This document shows positions 16,219 through 26,560 of a stretch of 64,000 nt of DNA, one piece after another; positions within the stretch are counted from its first letter, which is position 1; each line of letters opens with the position of its first letter. A program made the translations under genes and the position numbers. The notes below the pieces were generated by a model. That model ran no database searches. It worked only from the letters and a program-made list of their open reading frames with translations, and was not told the DNA's origin. This DNA comes from a bacterium (GTDB lineage Bacteria; Patescibacteriota; Minisyncoccia; Phycocordibacterales; CAIZLB01), in contig JAIXXV010000032.1 in the NCBI GenBank assembly GCA_027490575.1, positions 13,211 to 77,210 on the forward strand, written 5' to 3'.

Positions 16219-16860
16219 ATGAACATTTCAGAAGAGATTTCAATTAGGGTCAACAGAAACTTGACAGATCGCCTTGGCGGCCTGGAAAGCCAACTGGTTG
16301 AAACAATGAGTAAGGAGAGGGTAAAAATGGCCAAAAGGCAAATGCTTTCAAAGTACACAGCTGCCATTGCAGTCAATTTCACCGATTGGATAGGAAAAAC
16401 CTACCCGTGGACAAGAAGCCTTGAAGCTCAGTTGGCGCTCATGGATCTTCTTAACCAAGAGCAGACTAATGATCGAATCGGGGCGCTGCACAGGCTTGCT
16501 AAACAATGCCAAGCAATGCCACAGGAAGAGCATTTTGCCGTCGTTGAAGAAAAAGTTTCTGCTGTTCGCCACCTACTCACGAACATCAAGACAGTAGGTA
16601 TTAGTGGTTTAGCCGTAATAGCAATACTTGAAAATGCATCTGAGGTTTTTATGCCCACACTTGAAAGTTGGGCTATATCACTTGGTTGCATCGACTTTGA
16701 GTATTTTGAAGTGAAGGAAAAGCCAAACGGCAAACATGCTAGTTCCCTGCTAAATGGTCTAGAAATCGAATTGTCTCGGAATTATCGCAACTTGGACCAA
16801 CTTCTCAGTACTGCAGAAGCTCACAGTCTCAAGCTATTATCCAGCATCTTCAGTATCTAG
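16219..16860 (+). CDS. Orphan helical protein (213 aa), islet C
   Basis: The ORF has AAAGGAA 9 nt before the ATG and its own terminator. The sequence is helix-rich. A heme-oxygenase-like helical fold is only a weak guess. Confidence 0.45.
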   Translation: MNISEEISIRVNRNLTDRLGGLESQLVETMSKERVKMAKRQMLSKYTAAIAVNFTDWIGKTYPWTRSLEAQLALMDLLNQEQTNDRIGALHRLAKQCQAMPQEEHFAVVEEKVSAVRHLLTNIKTVGISGLAVIAILENASEVFMPTLESWAISLGCIDFEYFEVKEKPNGKHASSLLNGLEIELSRNYRNLDQLLSTAEAHSLKLLSSIFSI

Positions 16861-16892
16861 ATTGTGGCCAAAGTCCTGTTTATCGTACCCCT

Positions 16893-16925
16893 ACCCTGCC
16901 ACTTCACGGTGCGCAGGGCTTTTAT
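16893..16925 (+). terminator. Terminator of islet C
   Basis: ccctgc (16894-16899) / gcaggg (16913-16918) followed by cttttat. Confidence 0.6.
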
Positions 16926-16943
16926 ATAAAGAAGCAACATGCA

Positions 16944-17237
16944 TTAGGCCTTGGACATATACTCAGTATTAAATATTTCTAGCATTTCAGACTCAGTAAA
17001 ATCTTCTTGTTTGTAACAATCATCGTGGTTCTCATTTGCGAAAGCCAGAGTATATTTTCCATCATCTTGTTTTTTCACACCATACAAACTTATAGCACCG
17101 TACTCTATTGAGTGAATGATTTGAGACATAGTACCAATCAACTCTTCCTTATCCTCCTGATACTCATGATCATGAAAATGATACATAAGCAGCGCTTTGT
17201 CGATTGGTGGGTTTTCACCTTGGTGTGGATTTTCCAT
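16944..17237 (-). CDS. Hypothetical acidic protein (97 aa)
   Basis: ORF only. No motif recognised. Confidence 0.4.
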   Translation of the reverse strand: MENPHQGENPPIDKALLMYHFHDHEYQEDKEELIGTMSQIIHSIEYGAISLYGVKKQDDGKYTLAFANENHDDCYKQEDFTESEMLEIFNTEYMSKA

Positions 17238-17296
17238 TTGTTTTGATTATAACATTATCTGACAACTACTACACGTTAACATATATCTGCTACTTG

Positions 17297-18016
17297 CTAA
17301 CACCCTCCCCACAACCCAACTCCCGCACTCTTTGCAACTCCCTCAGCCGTCCTAAACACATTTTGCATCTTTGTATCTGGCTTATATGCCTTAGCACGAG
17401 CGTAACCACCCTCAACTAGTTTTAGGTTTACAAAACCGACATCAACGTACTCACCTGTCACATTATCTTTTTCGACTACATAAACATAACGAAGCAGTCT
17501 TCCAAAACGGTCCTTGTCGCTGACATCTTTTTCTAACCTAACTACTTTTCCAAAAACCAACTCTTCGTTTTTCAACTTCGCATTCAGACCATAGCACTGT
17601 ACCTCCTCAGTCGGATGCGCCGTCTCAGGTGCATCGATACCGATATATCGAACCTTCCACTCACCTTCTCTGTTTCGTACCTCTACAGTGTCACCATCGA
17701 CAATCCTAGTCACTAGATATTGCCCTGCTTGAAGTTGATTTAAAGTATTTTGAACAAATGATTCGTCCAAGACGCGCACATTTGGAGTATCTACTTCTGT
17801 GCCTTTATTATTCTCCGCTTCAGAATCATTAAGCTGTGTTGATTGATTTAGAGATTTATTTCCAATATTAAAATTTTCAGAAAGTATGTTGTTCGCAAGG
17901 ATGTCATAACCAAAAAACACCAAAAGTAAGGCGACTATCAAATACAGTATTTTTTTGGTGTTTTTAGAGCTCATTATGTTTAGTGAAGGTATTATATTAT
18001 AATCAGACCAGAACAT
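17297..18016 (-). CDS. Secreted or membrane-anchored thermonuclease (staphylococcal nuclease family)
   Basis: VDGDTVEV...VRYIGIDAPE...DRFGRLLRYVYV...EGYA matches the SNase core. It has an N-terminal TM/signal segment. The start may be the internal MSSKNTKK (17974). Confidence 0.8.
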   Translation of the reverse strand: MFWSDYNIIPSLNIMSSKNTKKILYLIVALLLVFFGYDILANNILSENFNIGNKSLNQSTQLNDSEAENNKGTEVDTPNVRVLDESFVQNTLNQLQAGQYLVTRIVDGDTVEVRNREGEWKVRYIGIDAPETAHPTEEVQCYGLNAKLKNEELVFGKVVRLEKDVSDKDRFGRLLRYVYVVEKDNVTGEYVDVGFVNLKLVEGGYARAKAYKPDTKMQNVFRTAEGVAKSAGVGLWGGC

Positions 18017-18086
18017 GAAACTCGGTCAGGTAAAAAACAGTTAAAAAAACCGACATATTAGTACAAATCATTAACTACACAAAATC

Positions 18087-18443
18087 ATGCCACTACCTAT
18101 GCCAAATGCTGTTCCTGAACCAGGATACTACTATCACTACAAACATGACGCAGAGGGTTCTGTAGACAACTACGCCTACTATGTTGTTGGAGTCGGATTC
18201 CACACTGAGGATGATCCACGTGAAGGAGAGGCTCATTTCTTGATTTACCAACCTCTTTATCCTGCCGCTGTCTATACAGCATCTACAGAACTTGGACTAC
18301 CTTGCTTTGACGCTCGGCCACTGAGTATGTGGATGGAATCTGTTGAGTACAAAGGTCAAACATTGCCAAGATTTAGCAAAATCACTGACCCAGCAGTGCT
18401 GTCACAGTTGGAAGCAAAGCGTGCGGAGATGTATGGTGTTTAG
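18087..18443 (+). CDS. DUF1653-like small protein
   Basis: Pattern GYYYHYKHD...YYVVGVGFHTE...FLIYQPLY...RPLSMW...LPRF resembles the DUF1653 consensus. Confidence 0.55.
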   Translation: MPLPMPNAVPEPGYYYHYKHDAEGSVDNYAYYVVGVGFHTEDDPREGEAHFLIYQPLYPAAVYTASTELGLPCFDARPLSMWMESVEYKGQTLPRFSKITDPAVLSQLEAKRAEMYGV

Positions 18444-18487
18444 TTGTATTGAATGATTAAGAAGCTCTATTATTAAATATTGAAACG

Positions 18488-18976
18488 ATGACACCAGAAA
18501 TAAAAAGCAGGAAAGATTACCTCAAAAAGCTCAACTATTTAAACAAGGAAAAAATCTGCGGATTTTGTAATATTAAAAAAGAATTTATCATTAAAGAGTT
18601 CAAAAATTGGATATGGGTATTTAGTGAGTTTCCGTACTGGAAGTACAATACGATTATCATCTCAAAAAAGCATAAGACCAATTTTTCAGAACTAACATCT
18701 AGAGAAGTATCTGAATTAAAAGATATTTTTGTATTTGCTGAAAATAGTTACAAAAAAGCAGATATAGTAAAAGACGATTCTACTTGGGGAATGGATATAT
18801 TGTGGAGACAAAGAGCAAAGACCAATGGTTACGAGACAAGGTCACATATTCATATACATTTATGCCCACAACCCGAAGGCAGGTTTAATCCTATTCTAGA
18901 CAACAAATCACATAAAATAAAGCCAGAACTACTAATTAGCGCTGCAAAAACATTGAGAACAAAGCAGATAAAGTAG
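18488..18976 (+). CDS. HIT (histidine triad) family nucleotide hydrolase/transferase-like protein
   Basis: C-terminal histidine triad SHIHIHLCP (HxHxHxx) and N-terminal CGFC. Confidence 0.55.
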   Translation: MTPEIKSRKDYLKKLNYLNKEKICGFCNIKKEFIIKEFKNWIWVFSEFPYWKYNTIIISKKHKTNFSELTSREVSELKDIFVFAENSYKKADIVKDDSTWGMDILWRQRAKTNGYETRSHIHIHLCPQPEGRFNPILDNKSHKIKPELLISAAKTLRTKQIK

Positions 18977-18978
18977 AC

Positions 18979-19509
18979 CTAAACCAAACTCCCCCACCTC
19001 TCCACATGACACGTATACCCACCTGGATTCTTCTGTAGGTAGTCTTGGTGATAATCCTCAGCTGACCAAAACTTTTTAAATGGTTCTAGTGTAGTGACGA
19101 CTGGATCTTTCCAAAGACCACTTTCATTTACAATCTTTATCATTTTTTCAGCATCTTGTTTTTCTTCTTCATCTTGATAGAAAATTGCGGATCTGTATGA
19201 AGAACCGATATCATTTCCCTGACGATTGACCGTAGTTGGATTATGAATTCTGAAGAAATAATCAAGTATTTTTAAATAACTCGTAACTGCTGGGTCGTAT
19301 GTTATTTCCATTGCCTCAGCGTGCGATTCTGCAGAATCGTGTCGCGCAATGTCCATTGAAGCGCGACCGTGACGCTCGTATGTAGGATTATCATTTTGTC
19401 CACCACTATAACCTACCTCAGAATCAATCACACCTTCTTGCTTTCTAAATAGCTCTTCCATTCCCCAGAAACATCCACCTGCAATATATGCTTTTTTATA
19501 GTTGTTCAT
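18979..19509 (-). CDS. msrA: Peptide-methionine (S)-S-oxide reductase
   Basis: Active-site GGCFWG near the N-terminus. 176 aa. Confidence 0.9.
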   Translation of the reverse strand: MNNYKKAYIAGGCFWGMEELFRKQEGVIDSEVGYSGGQNDNPTYERHGRASMDIARHDSAESHAEAMEITYDPAVTSYLKILDYFFRIHNPTTVNRQGNDIGSSYRSAIFYQDEEEKQDAEKMIKIVNESGLWKDPVVTTLEPFKKFWSAEDYHQDYLQKNPGGYTCHVERWGSLV

Positions 19510-19543
19510 AATTACTAATTGTTAACTACCAATTGATAATTGC
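19509..19543 (+). repeat. msrA-msrB intergenic spacer made of exactly five TAATTNN-class heptads
   Basis: taattac taattgt taactac caattga taattgc. The array abuts the msrA start (cat 19507-19509) and the msrB stop (cta 19543-19545). Confidence 0.7.
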
Positions 19544-19947
19544 TATTCCTCCTTTTTAAAATCCAAAGAAATACTATTGATACAGTACCTATCACACACT
19601 CCGCCACTTGCTTTCACGGGACCATCTGGAAAAACATGACCTAGGTGTGCTCCGCATTTTTTACACAAAACCTCAGTCCTTCTCATACCATGCGTATCAT
19701 CTGGCACCAAAGTCACAGCTTCTACATCAGCAGGGTCTGTAAATGATGGCCATCCCGAACCACTGTCAAACTTTGTATTCGAAGAAAAAAGCTCAGTACC
19801 GCATACGGCACAGTGATACATACCGTTACCTTTCTCATTTACATGTTTCCCTACAAAAGGCGCCTCGGTTCCTTTTTCAAATGCGACTTTGTATAGTTCC
19901 GGATTTTTTTCTTTTAATTCCTCATGATTAGTGTTGGTGTTATTCAT
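19543..19947 (-). CDS. msrB: Peptide-methionine (R)-S-oxide reductase
   Basis: Two CxxC zinc motifs ([20 protein letters not shown]) and the SelR core. Confidence 0.9.
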   Translation of the reverse strand: MNNTNTNHEELKEKNPELYKVAFEKGTEAPFVGKHVNEKGNGMYHCAVCGTELFSSNTKFDSGSGWPSFTDPADVEAVTLVPDDTHGMRRTEVLCKKCGAHLGHVFPDGPVKASGGVCDRYCINSISLDFKKEE

Positions 19948-20050
19948 GTACTAATTATACTCCTATTGATCGAAATTGTTATTAAGTAATAAATATGGCA
20001 TTATGTTTTATCTAAATAAATTGGCTTTTGCCGTAGCCTGTAAGCACCAA

Positions 20051-21379
20051 ATGACTAAAAACAAGGATAAATTGAGAATATTATCAATAGAAACCAGCTG
20101 TGACGAGACAGCAGTTTCAATAATAGACGCTGAAGGAGGTGTTGATACACCTGTTTTCAAAGTTCTTGGAAATGCACTCTACTCACAAATAGACTTACAT
20201 GCCGAATACGGTGGTGTATTCCCGATGCTTGCCAAAAGAGAGCATGGTAAAAATCTGGTTCCACTACTTGATCAAGCAGTTGATATTGCTTTAAAATCAG
20301 CTGACATAACTGACAGTACTGCACAATCCACAGAATCACAAAACTCATTCACAAACCTCACCGAGCAAACTACTCTCATCACAAGCATCCTAGAGAAAGA
20401 GCAAGGTCTATCAGAGACTCTACTAAAATACCTTGAAGAAAATATAAATAAATTATCAAGTTTAAATATAGATTATATTGCGGTAACAAAAGGACCAGGG
20501 CTTGAACCCGCTCTTTGGGTAGGTATTAGTTTTGCAAAAGCACTTTCTATAGCTGTGCAAAAACCATTGATACCTATAAATCACATGGAAGGTCATATTG
20601 TTTCTGTTTTGACTGACGATACTCTGAACGGAGCCCCTAGCGACTCGGTAGAGCACAGAGTAAACTTCCCCGCTCTCGCATTACTAATCTCTGGTGGCCA
20701 CACCGAGCTAGTAGAATGCAAAAACTGGAATGAATACAAGATAATCGGACACACTGTGGATGATGCTATAGGTGAAGCCTTCGACAAAGTAGCTAGACTC
20801 ATCGGTATACCATATCCCGGTGGACCAGTCATATCAAAGCTTGCAAAGGAAAGTCGAGATCAAGACACAACTGCTGAATACGAAAGAACTCATGGAAACA
20901 GACCATGGTCACTCCCTCGACCAATGATACATAGTAAGGATTTAAACTTTTCGTTTTCAGGTATCAAGACCGCTGTTCTATACGCTGTTAGGGAAAAAAC
21001 AGCACAATCAAAGGGTGCAGAACTATCGGACACTGACAAAAAAACATTAGCAGAAGAATTTGAAAATGCTGTAACTGAAGTTATTATCAAAAAAACTGAA
21101 AGGGCCATTGAACAAACTCACTCCGAAACACTCATAGTGGGTGGCGGTGTTATTGCAAATACATACATACGAAATGAACTGAAAAAAATGATTTCAGAAA
21201 AGTTCTCACATGTATCACTTTTGATACCGACCCTTGATATGACAACAGATAACTCAGTCATGATTGGAGTTGCTGGGTATTTGAAAGCTATTTCTAAACC
21301 TGAAAACATCATCCTGCCTGGTGATATAGAAAAACTCACTGCACTTGGTGCCAAAGGTAGTCTTGGACTAGAAGAATAA
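20051..21379 (+). CDS. tsaD: tRNA N6-adenosine threonylcarbamoyltransferase TsaD (Kae1/Gcp) with lineage-specific insertions
   Basis: ILSIETSCDETAVSIID, GPGLEPALWVG, HMEGH. The ATG at 20051 is preferred over the TTG at 19976. An insertion of about 60 aa lies after NLVPLLDQAV. Confidence 0.85.
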   Translation: MTKNKDKLRILSIETSCDETAVSIIDAEGGVDTPVFKVLGNALYSQIDLHAEYGGVFPMLAKREHGKNLVPLLDQAVDIALKSADITDSTAQSTESQNSFTNLTEQTTLITSILEKEQGLSETLLKYLEENINKLSSLNIDYIAVTKGPGLEPALWVGISFAKALSIAVQKPLIPINHMEGHIVSVLTDDTLNGAPSDSVEHRVNFPALALLISGGHTELVECKNWNEYKIIGHTVDDAIGEAFDKVARLIGIPYPGGPVISKLAKESRDQDTTAEYERTHGNRPWSLPRPMIHSKDLNFSFSGIKTAVLYAVREKTAQSKGAELSDTDKKTLAEEFENAVTEVIIKKTERAIEQTHSETLIVGGGVIANTYIRNELKKMISEKFSHVSLLIPTLDMTTDNSVMIGVAGYLKAISKPENIILPGDIEKLTALGAKGSLGLEE

Positions 21380-21429
21380 TCCGACTTGCGTTCAATCACA
21401 CCGTGAGTTTTCAGGTGGGATTTTCTAAT

Positions 21430-21771
21430 CTACATCACAAACTCAATACTCAAAGTACAAGTATCTCCTTGTTGCAAACCTTCAGCTCTCCGTATTTTCG
21501 CATTTATAGGTAAAATGTATTCTGTGACACCTTTAGTATTTAAAGTCTTAGTCGGAAATACTGATGATGACCATGTCGACTTTCCCACCAAAACATTTAC
21601 CTTTACAGTACCAAAATCTCTACCAACTTTCTTTATCTCTTTTCTACGATTGTTAATGATCTCCGAATACCCGCTCGGCAAAGTCACAAAATGCCAACTC
21701 GCCGATTCACTCGGATATATCCATATTTGAGCTGTGAATGGTTTTAACTTCACTTTCACATATTTTGCCAC
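21430..21771 (-). CDS. DUF1905-like small beta-barrel protein
   Basis: WHFVTLP...GTVKVNVLVGKSTWSSSVFP...YILPINAKIRR...GDTCTLSIE resembles the DUF1905 pattern. Confidence 0.5.
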   Translation of the reverse strand: MAKYVKVKLKPFTAQIWIYPSESASWHFVTLPSGYSEIINNRRKEIKKVGRDFGTVKVNVLVGKSTWSSSVFPTKTLNTKGVTEYILPINAKIRRAEGLQQGDTCTLSIEFVM

Positions 21772-22009
21772 ATATTCTATTAATTATGTAATAAATCTAT
21801 CTATTTACAAATATATGTATTAATGATATAATATAGGCACTTTTGGTTTAGTTAAAAGCTTCCCTTTTGTCTAAAGGTGAGCTCATAAGCCCAAGGTATT
21901 GTTCATTGAAAAGTATAAGGTGGCGCATTAGTCATCTTTACCAAAAAACAAAAAAGAAAGGATTAGAAAAGTGAAATCATTAAGGCAACTAAGTGTTGAG
22001 GTGAAAAAA

Positions 22010-23038
22010 ATGGGCCGTGAACTCAGAGTGGTCACCCACGACGGCATGAGCCATCCAGATGAAGCATTTGTACTCGCCATGATCAAGTGGCTCTGTATCA
22101 ATGTTTTGAATGTCAAATACAAATTCAAACGCACACGGGATCCAGGCCTCATAAATGCTGCGGACATTGCAATCGATGTCGGCAACGTTTATGACCCTGA
22201 GCATTTCCGGTACGATCATCACGGTCCAGAAGGTGCTGGAAGGCGTCCTGAAAAGGCAGGTCACCAAGGAATCAGCTACTCTTCTTTCGGGATCTTTTGG
22301 AAAGATCATGGTCTAGAATTCGTATCAGGTGTCGTAAAAAAGCTTACTGATTACGAAATTCCAACATGGATACTTGAAAAAGCCGTTGGAGAAGTCGACA
22401 GAAATCTGGTTGAAGGGACATGCGCCTTAGATACCGGAGAAGCGAAGGTCAGGTCAAACAACATCAGAGTACCTTCGTTGCATTCAGCTTTTTCAGTAAT
22501 AAACCCGACGTGGATTGAGGCTTCCGGAAAAGATGCACGTGACAACGCGCTCTGGAACTCTCTTCCTATGATGGGTGACATACTGATTGGCTACATCATG
22601 AGGTCGGTCGAACATCACTACTCCGAAAGCTACGTGATGCAAGGAATCAATTCATGTCGTGACGGGATCTTGGTACTCAAAACACCGACCCAGGCATGGA
22701 GAAGACTTGTCAACAAATCAAGACGAGGGAATGAAATCCTTACTGTGGTTCAGCCACAGATGGATGACGCTCAAACTTGGTGTGTTCATGCGGTAGAGGA
22801 TGGAGAAGGTACTCTGAGGATTCGCTTTCCTGAAGAGTGGGGTGGTCTGGAGCAAGATAGCTTGCGTAGTGTCACTGGTAACGAAAAAGTAACCTTTGTA
22901 CACACAGCGGGTTTTATCGCTGCAGCTGAAGACAAACAAAGCGCGATTATGTTAGCAAAGCTGGGTATCGCCAAGTATCAAAAAGAAGACGAATACGAAG
23001 GGGCAGGTTTGGATTCAGAAACTGCTACCGTAAACTAA
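22010..23038 (+). CDS. MYG1/UPF0160 family metal-dependent hydrolase/exonuclease
   Basis: N-terminal THDGMSHPDEAFVLAMIK (HxGxFHxDE-type motif) and DHHG. GAGGTG lies 6 nt before ATG 22010. Confidence 0.65.
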   Translation: MGRELRVVTHDGMSHPDEAFVLAMIKWLCINVLNVKYKFKRTRDPGLINAADIAIDVGNVYDPEHFRYDHHGPEGAGRRPEKAGHQGISYSSFGIFWKDHGLEFVSGVVKKLTDYEIPTWILEKAVGEVDRNLVEGTCALDTGEAKVRSNNIRVPSLHSAFSVINPTWIEASGKDARDNALWNSLPMMGDILIGYIMRSVEHHYSESYVMQGINSCRDGILVLKTPTQAWRRLVNKSRRGNEILTVVQPQMDDAQTWCVHAVEDGEGTLRIRFPEEWGGLEQDSLRSVTGNEKVTFVHTAGFIAAAEDKQSAIMLAKLGIAKYQKEDEYEGAGLDSETATVN

Positions 23039-23069
23039 CAATCTCACTGACATAAGTCAGTCGAGGTCG

Positions 23070-23106
23070 TAGGGCTCCCCCAGTGGGAGCCCTATATTTT
23101 TTTATA
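23070..23106 (+). terminator. Terminator of the MYG1-like gene
   Basis: tagggctccc / gggagcccta followed by tatttttttt. Confidence 0.75.
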
Positions 23107-23138
23107 TAAAACTTGCTTAAATAGATAGATGCATAAAT

Positions 23139-23172
23139 AAAAACCCACCGGCGAAACAAGTCGCTCGGTGGG
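23139..23172 (-). terminator. Terminator of the convergent gene 23252-23878
   Basis: On the minus strand: cccaccga...ccggtggg followed by ttttt (plus-strand a-run at 23139-23143). Confidence 0.7.
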
Positions 23173-23251
23173 CACACTAACTTGTTGATACACTTGTGGA
23201 CAGACAAATGCATGCAAGCAGGTAGCAAAGCTAACGAGACTGGCCAACTCT

Positions 23252-23878
23252 TCAAGGTACAGGATTCGCAAGTACAGTTAAGAGCCAAATTAGACCCACA
23301 ACACTAGCGAGGACAGAACCTACTGTAAGTACGAGTACCCATCTGAACCTTGAAGATTTGCTTTCCTTCATCTCCAATATCAAGGATTTTCTTTTCACCA
23401 GTCTTTCAGCAAGAAGCTTGCAAAAAGTATCCATCAGCTTTGTTCCACTGCCTGCCAATCTCAACTCTTCAGATGTTGGCTTAGGTACCTTGATTGAATC
23501 ATTGAAAAATGTCCAATCTTTTGAGAAGAGATGAGAATGAGAGTAAAGCCTGATCAAACTCGACAACCTCGGCACATCCCCCCAAGTAAGATTGTTCCAA
23601 AAAGAAGCAATGTGACTTGAATGCATGCTTCCTGGACCGAAAGGATCGGTGACCATATCAACAATCTTCTCGTAGACATAGTCAAAACTCGAATTCATCG
23701 TGCGAGGGATTTCCTGATCTGGATTGAATGGTCTTTTCTTACCCCTACGACCCAGTACTCTTCTTATCGCATTGTTACGACGACGTAACTTTTCCCTTCG
23801 TCTCGCTTCCTCTTTCTTTGCCAGTTTTCTTTGTTCCGACACCGCCTTTTCACTGTGCTTAATTCCACTAAGATTCAT
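23252..23878 (-). CDS. Orphan tail-anchored protein with an Arg/Lys-rich N-terminus
   Basis: 208 aa. AAGGAGG lies 6 nt before the ATG. N-terminus KLAKKEEARRREKLRRRNNAIRR. A single C-terminal TM (WVLVLTVGSVLASVVGLIWLL). TGA stop. Confidence 0.5.
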   Translation of the reverse strand: MNLSGIKHSEKAVSEQRKLAKKEEARRREKLRRRNNAIRRVLGRRGKKRPFNPDQEIPRTMNSSFDYVYEKIVDMVTDPFGPGSMHSSHIASFWNNLTWGDVPRLSSLIRLYSHSHLFSKDWTFFNDSIKVPKPTSEELRLAGSGTKLMDTFCKLLAERLVKRKSLILEMKESKSSRFRWVLVLTVGSVLASVVGLIWLLTVLANPVP

Positions 23879-24082
23879 AAACAGCCTCCTTTTTTATTGG
23901 TTTAGTTTTGACTTGAGAATGAGCTATACCGACGGACATGTGTAGCCGAGGTAACTGTATTTTCCTGACTACATATTACATAATATCTAGACATTATCAA
24001 TGTGTCCGCTATCTACTAACGGCACCCCTACTCCTACTATCTGCAAACTGACAACCCCTTAAAAATCTGATAATATCTACCT

Positions 24083-26560
24083 ATGACCAATAATACAAAT
24101 AGTGGTGGTCCTGGTTTTGAACATAACCAAGAGCCTGCCACTCAAAACAATCCTAAAAACAATATCCGAGACACAGACAAGCCTATTTACAAAGAGCCTA
24201 ATATCCCTGCGCCACTACTCTCACCTTACAACCCTGCATTATCAGAACCTGTTGCCATATCTATCAACGAGAAAAGTGGACTTGCTAATCCTGATAAATG
24301 CATAGAGCTTGGACTGACATCAACAGACGCACCGCACTACTCCATAGTACTTCCCCCACCAAATGTTACAGGCACACTTCACTTAGGACATGGTCTGATG
24401 GCGACTCTACAAGATATCAGTATTCGTTTTGAGCGTATGCGTGGCAAGCAGGCACTTTGGATACCAGGTACCGACCACGCTGCCATTGCTACTCAATCAA
24501 AAGTAGAAAAAGATATTTCAAAGAAAGAAGGTAAAAGCCGTTATGACCTTGGTCGCGATGAGATGCTTAAGCGCATAGACGCATTTGCAACTGAAAGTCA
24601 TGACACTATAGTCACTCAGATAAAGAGAATGGGTGCATCTTTGGATTGGTCACGAGAAGCATTTACACTCGATGAAGCTCGTAACAAAGCAGTGAGAACA
24701 GTTTTCAAAAAAATGTACGACGATGGTTTGATATATCAAGGATCGCGCATAGTAAACTGGGACCCAAAAGGACAGACTACGATTTCTGATGATGAGATTG
24801 TGCATGAAGAGAGGAAAGCAAAGCTATACACATTTAAATACAGCAAAGATTTCCCTATCTCTATCTCAACGACTAGACCTGAGACAAAGGTTGGAGATAC
24901 AGCAGTAGCAGTACACCCAGAAGATGAAAGATATGCAGAGTATGTTGGTAAAACATATGACCTAGATTTTTGTGGGTCAAAGATTTCTGTAAAGATTATT
25001 GCTGATCATGCAGTTGAAAAAGACTTCGGTACAGGTGCTCTCGGAGTAACACCTGCCCACAGTATGGTTGACTGGGAAATGTCTCGTAGACATGACTTGC
25101 CAGTTGTACAGGTCATAGATGAAAAGGCTCGAATGATTGTTTCTCAAGACTCCCCTCTCTATGACAAAGAAAAAAATATCGGTATGAAGACTACTGATGC
25201 ACGCGAAAAGGTCGTCGAGTGGTTACGTGAGCAAGGTCTTCTAGAAAAAGAAGAAGATATTATACAAAGAATCGGTACAGCAGAGAGAACAGGTGGTATC
25301 ATCGAGCCTCTTCCGAAGAAACAATGGTGGGTAGCTGTTACAAAACCATTTACAATCAAACACTCAAATATCAGTGGTGTACAAAGCGGTCAACAAACAA
25401 CTCTAAAAGAGATAATGCAAAAAGCTGTTTCAGAAGGACAGATTGCTATTATGCCCGAGCATTACAATAAGACTTATTTCCACTGGATAGATAACCTCAA
25501 CGACTGGTGTATTTCTAGACAGATTTGGTATGGGCATAGGATACCTGTTTGGTACAAGATGGGTTCAAGCGACCAAAGTTCAGGTGCGATTTCTAGCTCA
25601 GCAAAAAGCGAAGTGTACTGCGATGTTCTATCACCTACCGAAGCTGGTCTACCTGATGCTGACATGTATGTACAAGATGAAGACACCCTAGACACTTGGT
25701 TCTCATCTGGTCTTTGGACTTTCTCGACGCTTGGATGGCCAGACAACATTGACGCTAAAACTGGAGAAACAATGGCTGGCTCTGACCTTTCTCGTTTTCA
25801 CCCTACAAACCTGCTTATCACTGGACCTGACATACTTTTCTTCTGGGTTGCACGAATGATCTTGATGACAGGATACGCACTTGGTGAAATACCATTTTCA
25901 AAAGTATACCTAAACGGTATCGTTCGAGATATCAAGGGTCAAAAGATGAGTAAGTCACTTGGAAACGGTGGAGACCCGGTAGAGATATCTGAAAAGTACG
26001 GCGCGGATGCACTTCGTATGTTCTACGCTATGAGTACAGCGCCAGGAACTGATTCTAGGCTAGATGAAAACAAGATAAAGGGCTTTAAGCATTTTGCAAA
26101 TAAGATTTGGAATATCGTAAGGTTCGTGCTGACTGCAACAGAAAACCATACATATGATAAAAGCTTCAGTGGATGGACAGAAAAAGACTCAGTACTGCGC
26201 GCAGAGAGAGATGATATTTTCAAAGCTGTAACCAGAGAGATAGAAGAGAGCAAATACCACCTAGCATCTGAAAAAGTTTATCAATATACATGGAGTACCC
26301 TTGCTGATGTAATACTTGAGGATAGCAAGTTCGTATTCGCAGGTAATGACGAGGAGGCAAAATTATCTCGAGCAAAGTTTCTACTTGAGACAATCAGACT
26401 TATCACGATAGTCGCGCACCCTTTCATGCCACATGTCACTGAAGAAGTTTGGTCATTGTTAACCACAGGTAAAAGTCTAATAGAGCGAGTACAAAACGAT
26501 ACTTCACATGCTACAATAAATCCAAGCGATCTATTGATGGCACAAAAATGGCCTTTTTAA
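24083..26560 (+). CDS. valS: Valine--tRNA ligase
   Basis: Class I HIGH variant PPPNVTGTLHLGH and KMSKS. 825 aa. Confidence 0.95.
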   Translation: MTNNTNSGGPGFEHNQEPATQNNPKNNIRDTDKPIYKEPNIPAPLLSPYNPALSEPVAISINEKSGLANPDKCIELGLTSTDAPHYSIVLPPPNVTGTLHLGHGLMATLQDISIRFERMRGKQALWIPGTDHAAIATQSKVEKDISKKEGKSRYDLGRDEMLKRIDAFATESHDTIVTQIKRMGASLDWSREAFTLDEARNKAVRTVFKKMYDDGLIYQGSRIVNWDPKGQTTISDDEIVHEERKAKLYTFKYSKDFPISISTTRPETKVGDTAVAVHPEDERYAEYVGKTYDLDFCGSKISVKIIADHAVEKDFGTGALGVTPAHSMVDWEMSRRHDLPVVQVIDEKARMIVSQDSPLYDKEKNIGMKTTDAREKVVEWLREQGLLEKEEDIIQRIGTAERTGGIIEPLPKKQWWVAVTKPFTIKHSNISGVQSGQQTTLKEIMQKAVSEGQIAIMPEHYNKTYFHWIDNLNDWCISRQIWYGHRIPVWYKMGSSDQSSGAISSSAKSEVYCDVLSPTEAGLPDADMYVQDEDTLDTWFSSGLWTFSTLGWPDNIDAKTGETMAGSDLSRFHPTNLLITGPDILFFWVARMILMTGYALGEIPFSKVYLNGIVRDIKGQKMSKSLGNGGDPVEISEKYGADALRMFYAMSTAPGTDSRLDENKIKGFKHFANKIWNIVRFVLTATENHTYDKSFSGWTEKDSVLRAERDDIFKAVTREIEESKYHLASEKVYQYTWSTLADVILEDSKFVFAGNDEEAKLSRAKFLLETIRLITIVAHPFMPHVTEEVWSLLTTGKSLIERVQNDTSHATINPSDLLMAQKWPF

